From Ktedonobacterales bacterium (GTDB taxonomy: Bacteria > Chloroflexota > Ktedonobacteria > Ktedonobacterales > JADMIN01): a stretch of DNA of 32,000 bases. Where the stretch lies: assembly GCA_030167145.1 (NCBI GenBank), contig CP126532.1:720001-752000 (forward strand), given 5' to 3'. How positions within the stretch are numbered: position 1 is the stretch's first letter; every line of letters begins with the position of its first letter. A model generated the notes under the pieces. The model ran no database searches and was not told where the DNA came from. It was given only the letters and a program-made list of their open reading frames with translations. The position numbers and the translations under genes are program-made. This document shows positions 1-10,900 of the stretch, piece by piece.

Positions 1-1
1 G

Positions 2-856
2 CCAAACAGCGAGTGCTACAACATCCTCACGACCTACCTGAACCAGTTTCAGGGCGACGGGGGAAATCCGTTGTTGAGCATGTTGTTGAGCAATACGCTC
101 CATTTCCTCATCGCGCTCGTTCCGGCCCTGGTGGGGGCGATGCTCGGCGGGCCGCTGATCGCTCGCGAGTTGGAGCGTGGCACCTTCCGGTTGGTGTGGG
201 CGCAGGGCATAACGCGCGGCAGGTGGCTGTGGGGTAGCGTCATCGCGGCGACGCTGGCGACCATCGCGCTGGTTGGAGCAATCACGCTGGTCGTCACATG
301 GTGGAGTGCGCCATTGGACCAGATCGTCGGGCACTTCTCAGGCGGGTTCGAGATGGAAGGGCTTGTGCCGCTGGCGTATGCGCTGTTCGCGCTCGCGCTG
401 GGAATCGCGCTGGGACTGATCGTGCGCTCAAGCGTGCCAGCGCTCTTCATAACACTGCTGGGCTTCTTCCTCGTCCGCTCTCTTATCACCCAACTGGCTA
501 CCCAACTGTACGCCTACTTCATGCCACCGCTCACCATCACCTATGACTCGTCAATCGCAGTACCGCCGACTGGCCCGCAGATGCGCGACTGGGTGACCTC
601 GTCGGGGTTTGTGGACCACTTCGGCGATCCAGTGAGTCAGGACCTGATCAACGGGATCTGTGGAGCGAACGACCCCACCACTGCGGGCAACCCCACGTCA
701 GCTTGTGTGCATGCTCACGGCTGGTTGTACACCGTGACGTGGCAGCCCGATTCACGGTTTTGGGCATATCAAGGCATCGAGTCGGCAATCTATCTCGCGC
801 TGGCACTGGCGGTGCTGGCAGTGGCAATCTGGTGGGTGAGGCGGCGGCCCGTGTGA
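2..856 (+). CDS. ABC-2 type transporter permease (5'-partial, continues upstream of window)
   Basis: The frame is open from nt 2 with no stop before the listed ORF 71..856. The product is a multi-TM protein with the ELERGTFRL motif typical of ABC-2 family permeases and ends in a C-terminal TM segment. Confidence 0.75.
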   Translation, partial: PNSECYNILTTYLNQFQGDGGNPLLSMLLSNTLHFLIALVPALVGAMLGGPLIARELERGTFRLVWAQGITRGRWLWGSVIAATLATIALVGAITLVVTWWSAPLDQIVGHFSGGFEMEGLVPLAYALFALALGIALGLIVRSSVPALFITLLGFFLVRSLITQLATQLYAYFMPPLTITYDSSIAVPPTGPQMRDWVTSSGFVDHFGDPVSQDLINGICGANDPTTAGNPTSACVHAHGWLYTVTWQPDSRFWAYQGIESAIYLALALAVLAVAIWWVRRRPV

Positions 857-1049
857 TCTGGCTTGCCTGGCGGCAGCGTTGCTTTGGGCTGCGCGCGCTA
901 CTTCCGGCTCACTAAGGTACGCCTACCGCCAGCTTCTCGCTGGGCTGAATATTTGGTGGCGAGAAGTGGCCTGCCATTTCGCGCGCACGATCGGTATACT
1001 TTCAGCAGAAAGCGGGCGAAAGCGAGGTCTGCCCGGCCGGGTGAGCGCG

Positions 1050-1553
1050 ATGAATGCACAACTGGCGCCGTTGAACCTGTGGAGCCAACTGATGTTTGGC
1101 TATGCGCTGCTAATGGCGATGGAAGCGCCGATCCTGCTCTTCGTCACGCACTACAAGCAACGCCCCTGGTATCAACAACTGCTGACGCTGACGCCAGCTA
1201 TCACGTTCGTATGGACCTGGAACGCCGCGCTCCACGCGCGCGATACCTATTCCTATTGGCTCAGCTATCTTCGCTTTCAAGCGGACCGCTATCCAGCAAC
1301 GTTTGCGCCCGCGTTCGCGCGTGACTCACCGCCTGAGATACACGCATCGGTCACGGACATCACACGCCACGGATGGATTGCCGTCGCGCTCATGGCAGGA
1401 ATGCTGGCCCTCGGCTGGGCAATGCTTTTGCGCTGGCGGCTGCCACAGGCAGGACAACCGACGACAGACGCAAGCACGCCAGCGACAGTACACAGCGAAG
1501 AAGACGAAGCTGGCACGCTCGAAATTACAGTCGAACCAATTGACATGCAATAG
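1050..1553 (+). CDS. hypothetical small membrane protein (about 3 hydrophobic segments, acidic C-terminal tail)
   Basis: This lies within ORF 879..1553. The ATG at 1050 (MNAQLAPL...) sits just before the first hydrophobic segment. I recognise no family and the RBS is weak, so the start is uncertain (GTG at 1041 is an alternative). Confidence 0.5.
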   Translation: MNAQLAPLNLWSQLMFGYALLMAMEAPILLFVTHYKQRPWYQQLLTLTPAITFVWTWNAALHARDTYSYWLSYLRFQADRYPATFAPAFARDSPPEIHASVTDITRHGWIAVALMAGMLALGWAMLLRWRLPQAGQPTTDASTPATVHSEEDEAGTLEITVEPIDMQ

Positions 1554-1677
1554 CCACCGCTGATGATTTCTTGGCACGCATAATCTTCGATGCAACCGCG
1601 CGGCCTATCTGGCGTAAGTACGTGCGGATACCTACGCCGGAGTGCGGGTATAACCACCTTGTCGAAGAGGGGATCAG

Positions 1678-2427
1678 ATGAGCTACCAACCCAATCCACC
1701 GCAGCTTCTGCCGACCAACATCCTCGATGGGCAGGCGCCGGGCCTGCGGTATCGCATCCAGGGCGAGCTGGTGCCGGTGCTGCACCTCTGGCTGGATGGC
1801 AGCGTGCCAGTGTTCTTCGAGCATCACGTCGTGCTCTGGAAAGACCCCGCACTTGAGATTGGGCTACACACAATGCGCGGCGCGTTCAAGCGGGCGCTCG
1901 CCGGTATGCCGATCTTTCTGACCGAGGCGCGTGGTCCAGGCGAAGTGGCGTTTTCGCGCGATGGCGCGGGACATGTCTTCCCGATTCACCTGACGCCAGG
2001 GATGGCGATTGAGGTGCGCGAGCATCAATATCTCGCCGCGACCGCCAATCTCGATTACGGCTTCTCGCGTCAGAAGGGCGTGGCGAATGTGCTCTTCGGT
2101 GGCACCGGCTTCTTCGTGGACCGCTTCGCCGCGACTCAGACCGAAGGCGTCGTCTGGCTGCATGGCTACGGTAATGTCTTCGAGAAGCTGCTCGCGCCAG
2201 GGGAGCAGATAGATGTCGAGCCGGGCGGCTGGATCTACCGCGACGAGTCGGTACGCATGGAGCCAATGGTCTATGGGCTGCGTACCGGTATCTTCGGCGG
2301 CGCGGGCAACCTCGTCTTCAACCGCTTCACCGGCCCAGGGCGCGTGGGCATCCAGTCTATGTACCTGCACATACCCAGCGAAGCACCCAGCCAGCAGAGC
2401 GGCATGTCGCTCAACTTCGGCAACTGA
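1678..2427 (+). CDS. AIM24 family protein (DUF124/TIGR00266-like)
   Basis: The 249-aa product matches the AIM24 pattern along its length (...FLTEARGPGEVAFS...VLFGGTGFFVDRF...GVVWLHGYGNV...LVFNRFTGPGRVGIQS). A GAGGGG RBS precedes the ATG. Confidence 0.85.
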   Translation: MSYQPNPPQLLPTNILDGQAPGLRYRIQGELVPVLHLWLDGSVPVFFEHHVVLWKDPALEIGLHTMRGAFKRALAGMPIFLTEARGPGEVAFSRDGAGHVFPIHLTPGMAIEVREHQYLAATANLDYGFSRQKGVANVLFGGTGFFVDRFAATQTEGVVWLHGYGNVFEKLLAPGEQIDVEPGGWIYRDESVRMEPMVYGLRTGIFGGAGNLVFNRFTGPGRVGIQSMYLHIPSEAPSQQSGMSLNFGN

Positions 2428-2491
2428 CACGAAGTGATGGGCGCTGCCTTGCAACCAGGCTGGAGCGCTTCGTGCGCATGGCTGAACCAAC

Positions 2492-3163
2492 CTACTCCTT
2501 GGCAAACAGCTTCCAGTGCCCCTCGGAAATGACTTCGACAACTCCGTCAACGACTTTGATGGCGGTCTGATCGTCAATCGCGTACCCTGGCGCCGACATG
2601 TTGGCGGCCCATTTTTCTGCGGTGGCCAGGGTGTTATCTGGCAGGGCGGGGTTATCCAGGTGCGGAAACATCGCAAAATCCACCAGTCCCAGCGTGCTAT
2701 CGCCACCGGTGGGCGGCTTCCAGCGGACGAAGTCCTCACCGATGCTGGGGGCCATCACCATGCTCCCGGCGCTTAACCCCACATAGACCGCCTCGCGTCG
2801 CAGAGAAGGCAAGAGGTCGGCCAGTCCCGACTGTCGCATCCAGTAGCAGAGATACAGAGGGTCGCCGCCGCCAACCAGCAGCGCGTCCGTGTCCTGGAGC
2901 GTTGGGACCCAAGCGTCTTTGTTGATACTGGGGAGCGCGGTGAGCTCCAGCACGCCCAAGGACTTCCACTCCAATTCGCACATGGAGCTTTGGGACACGC
3001 CGCTGATCTGCTTCCAGGCCAAGGTTGGACCATTGGGCAGGGCGTACATCGCGGTGGGAATGATGAGGGCGCTGGACTGGGAAATCGGTTTGCCTAAGAT
3101 CTCTTCCAGCGCGTTGTGGATGCTCGTGTTGGTGATGCCACCGGATGTGAGCAGAAATTTCAT
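2492..3163 (-). CDS. peptidase S51 (dipeptidase E-like) / type 1 glutamine amidotransferase-like protein
   Basis: The N-terminus MKFLLTSGG, the LLVGGGDP segment and the nucleophile-elbow-like motif GLSAGSMV fit the family. An AGGAGAGG RBS lies upstream of the ATG at 3163. Confidence 0.8.
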   Translation of the reverse strand: MKFLLTSGGITNTSIHNALEEILGKPISQSSALIIPTAMYALPNGPTLAWKQISGVSQSSMCELEWKSLGVLELTALPSINKDAWVPTLQDTDALLVGGGDPLYLCYWMRQSGLADLLPSLRREAVYVGLSAGSMVMAPSIGEDFVRWKPPTGGDSTLGLVDFAMFPHLDNPALPDNTLATAEKWAANMSAPGYAIDDQTAIKVVDGVVEVISEGHWKLFAKE

Positions 3164-3374
3164 GCTGCCTCTCCTAGCCTTTCTCCGTCACTACAATTAG
3201 GGCCGACGGTCTCTGCTGCCCACGTGAGTATAGGACAGACGCTAGCCGCATCAACTTTCGAAACTGCCAGTAGGAGATTCGCGACGAAGAAGGTACCGTT
3301 GCCACCAGATTGTACGCATCACTGAAGAACGATATTGGTTTAGCGTGGAAGGTTCCTGGTATCTGGCAGGGCGA

Positions 3375-4247
3375 TTATGCACCCTGCGAGCGGGCGCTCA
3401 ATCCAGTGAGTTGCTCGCTGATCTCCCACAGCCGCCGCGCCGCATCCTGGTCGTATGAGGCGGGCGAGGATTGAGCAGGCTTGCAATCCACGAAATATTG
3501 CCCGCTCACGATAGCGACATCGGGCGAGGTGGCGAGATAGATCGAGGTTTGCGCGCCTTTTTCGGTGCTGACCATGAAGGGGCGCAGTGCCTTGAAGCCG
3601 TATTTGTACAGCGCGCCGTTATTGCTCGCGAAGTTCGACGCGACAAAACCAGGGTGCAGCGTATTCGCCGTCACGCCTGTGCCTTCCAGCCTGCGCGCCA
3701 GTTCGTAGGTGAAGAGGATGTTCGCTAGCTTCGACTGACCATAGACACGCAGCCCGCGATAGGGCTGATGTGTCTGCTGAAGGTCGTCGAAGGGAATCGC
3801 CGCGCCGACATGCGCCCCAGAGGCGACGGTGACGATGCGCGCGGGCGCGCTCGCTCGCAGCCGCTCCAACAGCAGCTTGGTCAGCAAGAAGGGCGCGAGA
3901 TGATTCACCGCGAAGGTCATCTCCAGCCCATCCACGGATTCCTGCCGCTTAAAGAAGAGCGCGCCCGCATTGTTGATGAGTACGTCCAGTTTCTCGTGCC
4001 TGCCCGAAAACTCCTCCGCCAGCCGTCGCACCTGCGCCTGTGACGAGAGATCGGCGACTAGATACTCGACGGTTGCATTCACCGTCTGCCGTTGAATATC
4101 CGCCGCCGTCGCCTTCGCCCGCGCGGCATCGCGTCCCACCAGCACCACGCTCGCACCGCGCTGCGCCAGCGTGTGCGCCGTCACCAGACCGATACCGGAG
4201 GTTGCCCCGGTGATGAGGCAGATTTTGCCTTCCATTGAATCCGTCAT
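3375..4247 (-). CDS. SDR family NAD(P)-dependent oxidoreductase
   Basis: The product has the Rossmann motif ITGATSGIGL, an NNAG motif and a YGQSK catalytic Tyr/Lys motif. At 290 aa it has classical-SDR, retinol-dehydrogenase-like length. Confidence 0.9.
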   Translation of the reverse strand: MTDSMEGKICLITGATSGIGLVTAHTLAQRGASVVLVGRDAARAKATAADIQRQTVNATVEYLVADLSSQAQVRRLAEEFSGRHEKLDVLINNAGALFFKRQESVDGLEMTFAVNHLAPFLLTKLLLERLRASAPARIVTVASGAHVGAAIPFDDLQQTHQPYRGLRVYGQSKLANILFTYELARRLEGTGVTANTLHPGFVASNFASNNGALYKYGFKALRPFMVSTEKGAQTSIYLATSPDVAIVSGQYFVDCKPAQSSPASYDQDAARRLWEISEQLTGLSARSQGA

Positions 4248-4501
4248 CTGAATACGTCATCCCATCACTTGGCGAAACTCCGGGCGTCCCCCCGCCGCCA
4301 CGCCTGAATTGAATTGTACCGCCGCTTAGCCGCTCGCGCACAAGCCGCGCGCAGCCCAGCACTGCACCCCCCATGGAATGTCATGCGCGTCAAGGTTGAT
4401 GCAACAGCGTATCGCGGCAGGCGAACATCGCTCTGCAGCGATTGTAGATTGTTGGCGCAAGGCCTGCCTCGCCCTCTGCGCTATTTCAACTATCCGCCCC
4501 G

Positions 4502-5266
4502 CTACATCGCCGCTTTGCGGACCGAGCGCGTGGCCCAGAAGATGGTCAAAACCGCCAGCGCGACGAGAATGATAAACGCCTGTACAACGGCCGTATCAGT
4601 CAGGTGCCCAGCAACTAACGCGCGGGCTGCGTTCACCGCGTAAGAGAATGGATTGGCCTTCGCGACGTTCTTCAGTATGTCAGGGGCGAGTGTTAGCGGC
4701 AGCATGATGCCTGAAAGCAGCAGCAGCGGCAGCGCAAAGAGGTTGACAGAGGCGGCCAGCGCGCTCTGATCCTTCACCAACAGCGCCAGCGCATACGAGA
4801 ACGATGCCATCATCATGCCACCAACGATCAGCAGCACAAACAGTAGCAGCAGCCCACCGATGTCGGGCCGGAAGCCGAGCAGCAGCCCCACGCCGACGAG
4901 CAGCGCCGTCTGCACCAGCAGGTTCACCAAATCAACACCTAATATGCCCAGCAGCAGCGCCAGACGGTTGATCGGCGTCACGCGCAGGCGCTCGATCACG
5001 CCATCGCGCAGGCGGGCGATGATATTGAAACCGGCGAAGCCTGCGCCGAAGATCACCATCATCACCATCAGGCCCGGCGTGAAAACGTTGTACGCGCCGC
5101 CAGATGGGAAGCCAGGTGCGCCAGCCAGATTCTTCAGCAGCGGCGCGAACAGTAACATGTAGCAGATGGGCTGGAACAGGCCGATAAAGAGCCAGACCGG
5201 GTTACGCAGCGCGATGCGGAACTGCGAAACGAACATCAGCCAGGTATCGCGAAAAAAACGGTTCAT
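4502..5266 (-). CDS. ABC-2 type exporter permease (DrrB-like)
   Basis: The 254-aa protein has six hydrophobic segments and lies directly downstream of a DrrA-like ATPase on the same strand. A GGAGAA RBS precedes the start. Confidence 0.85.
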   Translation of the reverse strand: MNRFFRDTWLMFVSQFRIALRNPVWLFIGLFQPICYMLLFAPLLKNLAGAPGFPSGGAYNVFTPGLMVMMVIFGAGFAGFNIIARLRDGVIERLRVTPINRLALLLGILGVDLVNLLVQTALLVGVGLLLGFRPDIGGLLLLFVLLIVGGMMMASFSYALALLVKDQSALAASVNLFALPLLLLSGIMLPLTLAPDILKNVAKANPFSYAVNAARALVAGHLTDTAVVQAFIILVALAVLTIFWATRSVRKAAM

Positions 5267-5321
5267 AGGGAGTTCTCCGTTGTGTTCAGGTGGCTACGAG
5301 GTATTCGGTTCAGGCGCGGAC

Positions 5322-6290
5322 TCACGCGATATCCGCCGACTCGCGCAGCGAACGGCCGGTCAGCCGCAGAAAGACATCTTCCAGCGTGGGCCGCGCCAGC
5401 GTGACAGTACGGATCGGCGCGCCCGCCTGATCGAGCTGGCGCAGGATTTCCGGCAGCACTTCTTCGCCACGGTCAACGTAGAGCTGCACCCCGTGCTCGG
5501 TCGGCTGCAATTCGCGCAGGTACGGCTGTTCGCGTAACGCATCGCTGGCACGCGCGACCGCGCCGTTATGCGTATCCAGACCCAGTGAGATGATGTCGCC
5601 CGCAATCTGCTGCTTCAGCGCGTTGGGAGTGTCTTCGCTGGCGATCTTGCCGTTATCCATAATCGCCAGCCGATTGCAGAGGCCATCGGCCTCATCCATA
5701 TAGTGGGTGGTGAGGAAGATGGTCATGCCATCGGCGCAGAGGCGGCGCACCTCATCCCAGATGCGCACCCGGCTCTGCGGGTCGAGCCCGGTAGTCGGCT
5801 CGTCCAGAAAGAGCAAGTGTGGGCGGTGCATGATGCCCAGCGCCACATCCAGGCGCCGCCGCTGCCCGCCCGAATACGTGCGTACAAGCCGGTCGGCGAA
5901 CGGCTCCATATCCAGCCGGGTAATCAGTTCCGCCGCCCGTTTCACCGCGCCAGCTTTGCCCATGCCGTAGACGCGCCCCTGCAAGATCAAATTCTCGCGT
6001 CCCGTTTCGAGCGGCTCCGCGCCGCCATTCTGGCCGACATAGCCGATGCGCGTGCGCACCTTGCCCGCCTCACGTCGCAGGTCGTAGCCGCAGACGGTGG
6101 CCTTGCCGCCAGTTGGCTCCAGCAGCGTCGCCAGCATGCGCATGGTGGTGGTCTTGCCTGCGCCATTCGGGCCAAGAAAGCCGAATATCTCGCCATCGCG
6201 CACCATCAGGTCCACGCCGCGCACCGCCTCGACGGTTTTGCCCCGCGCGCGGAAGGTCTTCGTCAAGCCGTGTGTCTCGATCATTGCCAT
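5322..6290 (-). CDS. ABC transporter ATP-binding protein (DrrA/daunorubicin-resistance-like)
   Basis: It has Walker A GPNGAGKTT, the signature YSGGQRRRL and Walker B LLFLDEPTTGLD, plus the C-terminal extension typical of DrrA-like ATPases. An AGGGAGAG RBS precedes the start. Confidence 0.95.
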   Translation of the reverse strand: MAMIETHGLTKTFRARGKTVEAVRGVDLMVRDGEIFGFLGPNGAGKTTTMRMLATLLEPTGGKATVCGYDLRREAGKVRTRIGYVGQNGGAEPLETGRENLILQGRVYGMGKAGAVKRAAELITRLDMEPFADRLVRTYSGGQRRRLDVALGIMHRPHLLFLDEPTTGLDPQSRVRIWDEVRRLCADGMTIFLTTHYMDEADGLCNRLAIMDNGKIASEDTPNALKQQIAGDIISLGLDTHNGAVARASDALREQPYLRELQPTEHGVQLYVDRGEEVLPEILRQLDQAGAPIRTVTLARPTLEDVFLRLTGRSLRESADIA

Positions 6291-6669
6291 CGGTCGTCAC
6301 TCTCCCTTTCTACATTGCAGGATGGCCAGGATCACTGCACCATTTACGTACCGACTGGATAGTATGGTTACAACACGCGCAAATATGCATGTTGTCGCAA
6401 GACTGGGCGGGTTGGCCTCCTGTGGCGCTTTGGTTGGGCGGTGTCCGCGCGTCACACGGGGCTTATGATTCATCCTACAATAAACATACTAACAAGTCGG
6501 TATGTGATTGTCAAGAGCGACTTTTGTCGCCTCAGAAGGTCTGCCGCTGCGTGGTACAATCTGAGTTGGTTAGTCGGAATTAGATGGCATCATGCTCGAC
6601 TACAGCATGTCACACTATGTCGCGGTGGCGGCCTCGGGAGCGCCCGGATACCGGTTGGGAGAGAATCGC

Positions 6670-7704
6670 ATGGCTGTTGAAATAACGGCGGAGATGGTCA
6701 TCCATGATGTGGTGACGCAATATCCGCAGACCGTAAAGGTGTTTCAGGGGCACGGCTTGCCTTGCACCGCCTGCCAGGTGGGCGCGCGTGAGAGTGTCGC
6801 TGGCGGCGCACGGACACACCGGCTGGATGTGGAGATGCTGGTGGCGGACCTGAATCGGGTCGCCAACGGCCAGGAGGCCCAGGGCATCAAGCCCGCGACG
6901 AAAGCGCCTGTGGGCCGAGGCATTCCGCTGACGATGGCCACCGGCGGCCAGGATGGCAAGATCCGCCACATCATCGCCATCATGAGCGGCAAGGGCGGCG
7001 TCGGCAAGTCGCTGGTGACGGGGCTGCTGGCGGTCGCGTTGCAGCGCCAGGGGCTGAAGGTGGGCATCCTGGATGGCGACATCACCGGCCCAAGCATCGC
7101 CAAGGAGTTTGGCGTGCGTGGCGCGCCCAAGAAGACCGAGAGCGGCATCGAACCGCTACGCTCGCAGGGCGGTGTCAAAGTCATGTCCATGAATATGTTC
7201 CTGCCCGAAAGCACCGACCCCGTTGTCTGGCGCGGCCCGATGGTTTCCAGTGCGATCAAACAGTTCTACAGCGATGCGGATTGGGGCAAGCTCGACTTCC
7301 TGCTGGTGGACCTGCCCCCTGGCACCTCCGATGCGCCGATGACAGTGATGCAGTCGCTGCCACTCGACGGCGTGGTCATCGTCTCCTCGCCGCAGATGCT
7401 GGCCACCGAGATCGTGATGAAGTGCATCAAAATGGTCAAGACCCTCAAAGGCAAGGTGCTGGGTGTCGTCGAGAACATGGCCTATATGACCATGCCCGAT
7501 GGCGAGCGCAAAGAGATCTTCGGGCCGAGCAACGGCCCCGAACTCGTGGCGATGACCGGCGCGCCGCTGCTCGCGCAGATTCCGATAGACCCCGACATTT
7601 CGATGCTCTGCGATGGCGGACGCCTCGAAGACTACTACAGCGAAGAGTTCGATACGATGGCCGCGAACTTCGTCAAGGCGATGAAGATTGCCGGTCAGCG
7701 CTAG
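6670..7704 (+). CDS. Mrp/NBP35-family P-loop ATPase with N-terminal DUF1858 (redox-disulfide-type) domain
   Basis: The N-terminal ~60 aa (ITAEMVIHDVVTQYPQTVKVFQGHGLPCTAC...) match the DUF1858 pattern. They are followed by the deviant Walker A SGKGGVGKS and an Mrp-like core (VDLPPGTSD, VVENM). I placed the start at ATG 6670 because of the GGGAGAG RBS; the track ORF begins at 6592. Confidence 0.9.
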   Translation: MAVEITAEMVIHDVVTQYPQTVKVFQGHGLPCTACQVGARESVAGGARTHRLDVEMLVADLNRVANGQEAQGIKPATKAPVGRGIPLTMATGGQDGKIRHIIAIMSGKGGVGKSLVTGLLAVALQRQGLKVGILDGDITGPSIAKEFGVRGAPKKTESGIEPLRSQGGVKVMSMNMFLPESTDPVVWRGPMVSSAIKQFYSDADWGKLDFLLVDLPPGTSDAPMTVMQSLPLDGVVIVSSPQMLATEIVMKCIKMVKTLKGKVLGVVENMAYMTMPDGERKEIFGPSNGPELVAMTGAPLLAQIPIDPDISMLCDGGRLEDYYSEEFDTMAANFVKAMKIAGQR

Positions 7705-7721
7705 CCGCCGCCGCGATAAGC

Positions 7722-7757
7722 CAGCCCCCGTATGCGTCGCTCGCATGTCGGGGGCTG
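7722..7757 (+). terminator. GC-rich stem-loop downstream of the Mrp-like gene (possible terminator)
   Basis: CAGCCCCCG (7722-7730) pairs with CGGGGGCTG (7749-7757), and an inner ATGCG/CGCAT pairing extends the stem. No clear T-tract follows, so termination is only a possibility. Confidence 0.4.
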
Positions 7758-7920
7758 TGTCGTCCGTCATGTCGGCAACGTAGAAAGTACCCCAATTGCT
7801 GCTTGCCGCTTGCCCATGCCATAGACTCATATACGATAATGCGCATTGGGTAAATACATGGGTTCTTAGCGCGTCTCTACAGTAGGGAACAGCATAGTTC
7901 GAAACAGTCAGGAGCAGGGC

Positions 7921-10900
7921 ATGAGGGTGGATGTGGCGCGGCAGAGCGGCGCACGCGCGTCAGGGCAACCTGCCCATGGCGGCAGGGAGCCAGGTCAGGC
8001 GGCGAAGCTCTGGAGCGGTGGACGCGCGGGTCCATTCTCGGCGCTGCGGATGGCGGCGTTGCGGCTCACACGCAGTCTCAGCGTGGCGTTGGTCGTCGGG
8101 CTGGGCATCCTGGTCGCCGTCGTGCTGATCTGCACCGTGCCACTGTATAACGCGCTCACCATCAACTTGCAACTTCAGCACGCGCTTTCCAGCGGCGATC
8201 CGCAGGCACGCAACATCTGGATCGTGACCCACAACGCGCGCATTTCACCGGACGAGCGCAGCAGTATCAATCCTCTCGTCACCAGCCTGGGGCAGCGCTA
8301 TGTAACGACCTTCACCTCCGCGCAGCCCACGTTTTACGTCACCGCCAGCCGCATGTCGCTGCTGGGCGCGACCGGCCAGAACTACGATGCGCCCGGCAAC
8401 TCGCATCCGCAGCTCACCTTCGAGGCCTTTGACTACGCCACCACCGCGCCGCATATGCGCTTCCTCGCGGGTGGCCCACCACAGAATGCCGCCAGTGGCA
8501 CAGCGCCGCAGGTCATCATCACCAAAGAGATGGCCGATGGCGAACACCTCAAGGTTGGCGATACGATTACCGGCGCTCAACTGCTCCAGCGGAACCCCGC
8601 GCTCACCTTCACTGTGGTCGGCATCTGGCAACCCGTTCAGGAGAATGATCCCTACTGGAACGGCCTCACCTTTCACGCCAACGGCTCCGATACCGCGCCC
8701 GCGATCTATCCCGTCCTCATCACCTACGATACCTTCTATACCCAGCTTCAGGCGTTCGCCAGCCTGAACATGCAACAGAATTGGATCTACTACACACGCT
8801 CCCAGGCGATCACCACCAGCAATATGGGCACGGTCTCAGAGCGTATCGGCGAACTGCGCTCGCACCTGAACGGCTCCGTTCGCACGCGGCTCGATGTCTT
8901 CGATGTCGGCGTGCTGACCCGCCTGGATACGACGTTGGCCGACCTTCAGGCGCAGCAATCGCTGCTGGCACTGCCGCTGTATGTCATCGTCGCGCAACTC
9001 GTCGGCCTCGCGCTCTATTTCGTCTCCGCGATGGCGGGGCTGCTGATAGACAGCCAGCGCAACGAAATCGTCACGCTCAAGAGCCGGGGCGGCAGCGGCA
9101 TGCAACTGGTCGGCACGTTCACGCTGCAAGGGGCGCTGCTGGCGCTGATCGCGATGGTCGCCGGTCCGTTCCTGGCGGTGGCGCTCAGCTTGCAGTTGTT
9201 GCGCTGGTTCTCGCCGCCGGGCGCGCTGAGCCAGGGTGGCGTCTCGCCCTCTTACCTCGCTGGGATCGCCAGCCCTACCACAGTGCTTGTGCCCGCGTTG
9301 ATCGGCGCGTTGCTGGGCATCGGCGCGCTGGCCTTCGCCGTGTGGCAGTCGGCGCGGCTGGACGTGCTGGCCTTCCGGCGCGAGCAGGGGCGCAGCACAC
9401 AGGTCGCCTTCTGGCGACGCTACTATCTGGACCTGGGCTTGGCAGCGCTGTGTCTGCTCGGCTATCTGGAACTGAGCCAGTTCGGCGGCGCACAGACTCG
9501 CCAGAGCGCGAGTGGCGGTGGGGCCAGTCCACTGCTGCTACTCACGCCCGCGCTGCTACTGGTGGCGGGCGCACTGATCGTGCTGCGGGTGCTGCCCATC
9601 GCGGCACGTGTGGGGTCGCGCATCGCCGCGCGTGGGCGCGGCCCCAGTTCGCTGCTGGCCTTCGCTCAGGTGGAGCGCAATCCCGCCCGCTACAGCCGCA
9701 TGACGCTGCTGCTGGTGCTGGCGGTTGGCCTCGGCCTCTTCGCGCTCACCTTCGACGCATCGCTCAATCGCAACGTGCATGATCGCGCGGCGTATACGGT
9801 GGGAAGCGATCTGCGGCTGAGCGAAGAGTTCTCCCTGACGCAGCGCGATGAGCAAGCCTTCGAGCCGCAAGTGGCGAAGCTGCCCGGTGTGGTGGCGCTC
9901 TCCCCAGCGTACCGCACGCAGGCGACCATCGCGGGCGGCACCGCCAATGTGCAGGTGGACGTGCTCGGCATTGACCCGGCAACATTCAGCCAGGTCGCGA
10001 GCGGCGTCTCTTGGAATGATAACTACGCGGGCAGCACGTCGCTGCCAAGCCTGCTGGCGGGTCTGCGCGCCCATGAGCACGGGACGAACGCCGGGACCAT
10101 CCAGGCGCCGATCTGGGCCATGGTGAGCAGCGTCTTCGCCGCGCAAAACTCGCTGAAAGTCGGCGACAAGTTCACGCTAGGCCTCTCAGAGAGCGCCTTC
10201 AGCAGCGTTAACTGTGTCGTAGGCGCTATTGTTCAGGACTTCCCGACGCTCTACCCCAATCGCCTGCCGGGGAGCTTCGTGGTGGCGGACCTGCGCGATT
10301 ATCTGGCGGCGATCCGGGCCAACTCAGCAGGCTCCGACGCCGGACAGTCCACTGGCCCGAATGAGATTTGGCTGCGCACCACGGGCAACGCCGCCGATGA
10401 GCAGCGGCTGCTGGCTGCCCTGCCAACCCCCACACAGAACAGCCAGGAAGTGCTCACGCTGCGCCAGCAAGAGGCAAAGTCGCAGGCGAATCCAGTCGGC
10501 GTGGGCATGCGTGGGCTGCTGCTGGTCGGCGCGGTGACGGCGGCGCTGCTGGCGGTGCTGGGCAGCCTGGCGCAGTCCGTTGTCGCGACGCGGCAGCGCG
10601 AGCGCCAGTTCGCCGTGTTGCGGACGCTGGGCATGTCGCGCGGGCAGTTGTCGCGGCAATTGCTGAGCGAGCAGACGACGGTCTTTGGCTTCGGCCTGGT
10701 GGGCGGGACGCTGCTGGGGCTGGCGCTAGTGACGGCCACACTGCCGTTCTTGCAGTTCAGCGACTCTACCGTTGACCCGGCGACGATGGACCCCGCGACG
10801 CTTGGCGTCCCATCGTATCAGGTAACGTTCGACCCGCGCACGCTGGCAATGTTCTATGGGGTGCTGCTGCTGGCGTTCCTGGTGACGCTGCTGCTGGCGG

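Noticed and set aside
1864-2739. Long antisense ORF (291 aa) and similar shadow ORFs (e.g. 5703..6362 +, 7156..7830 -, 8781..9782 +, 11218..12387 +, 18766..19740 +, 21284..21967 +, 23233..24183 -)
   Set aside because: They lie opposite or out of frame to genes with clear family motifs. They have the Arg/Ala/Pro/Gly-rich low-complexity composition typical of GC-rich non-coding frames, and no recognisable domains.
6291-6669. Possible ncRNA or riboswitch in the long AT-richer region upstream of the Mrp-like gene
   Set aside because: Only short hairpins (e.g. GCGAC-TTTT-GTCGC) and a plausible TGgTACAAT -10 element are visible. Nothing matches a structured RNA family I can recognise, so the region is most simply a promoter and leader.
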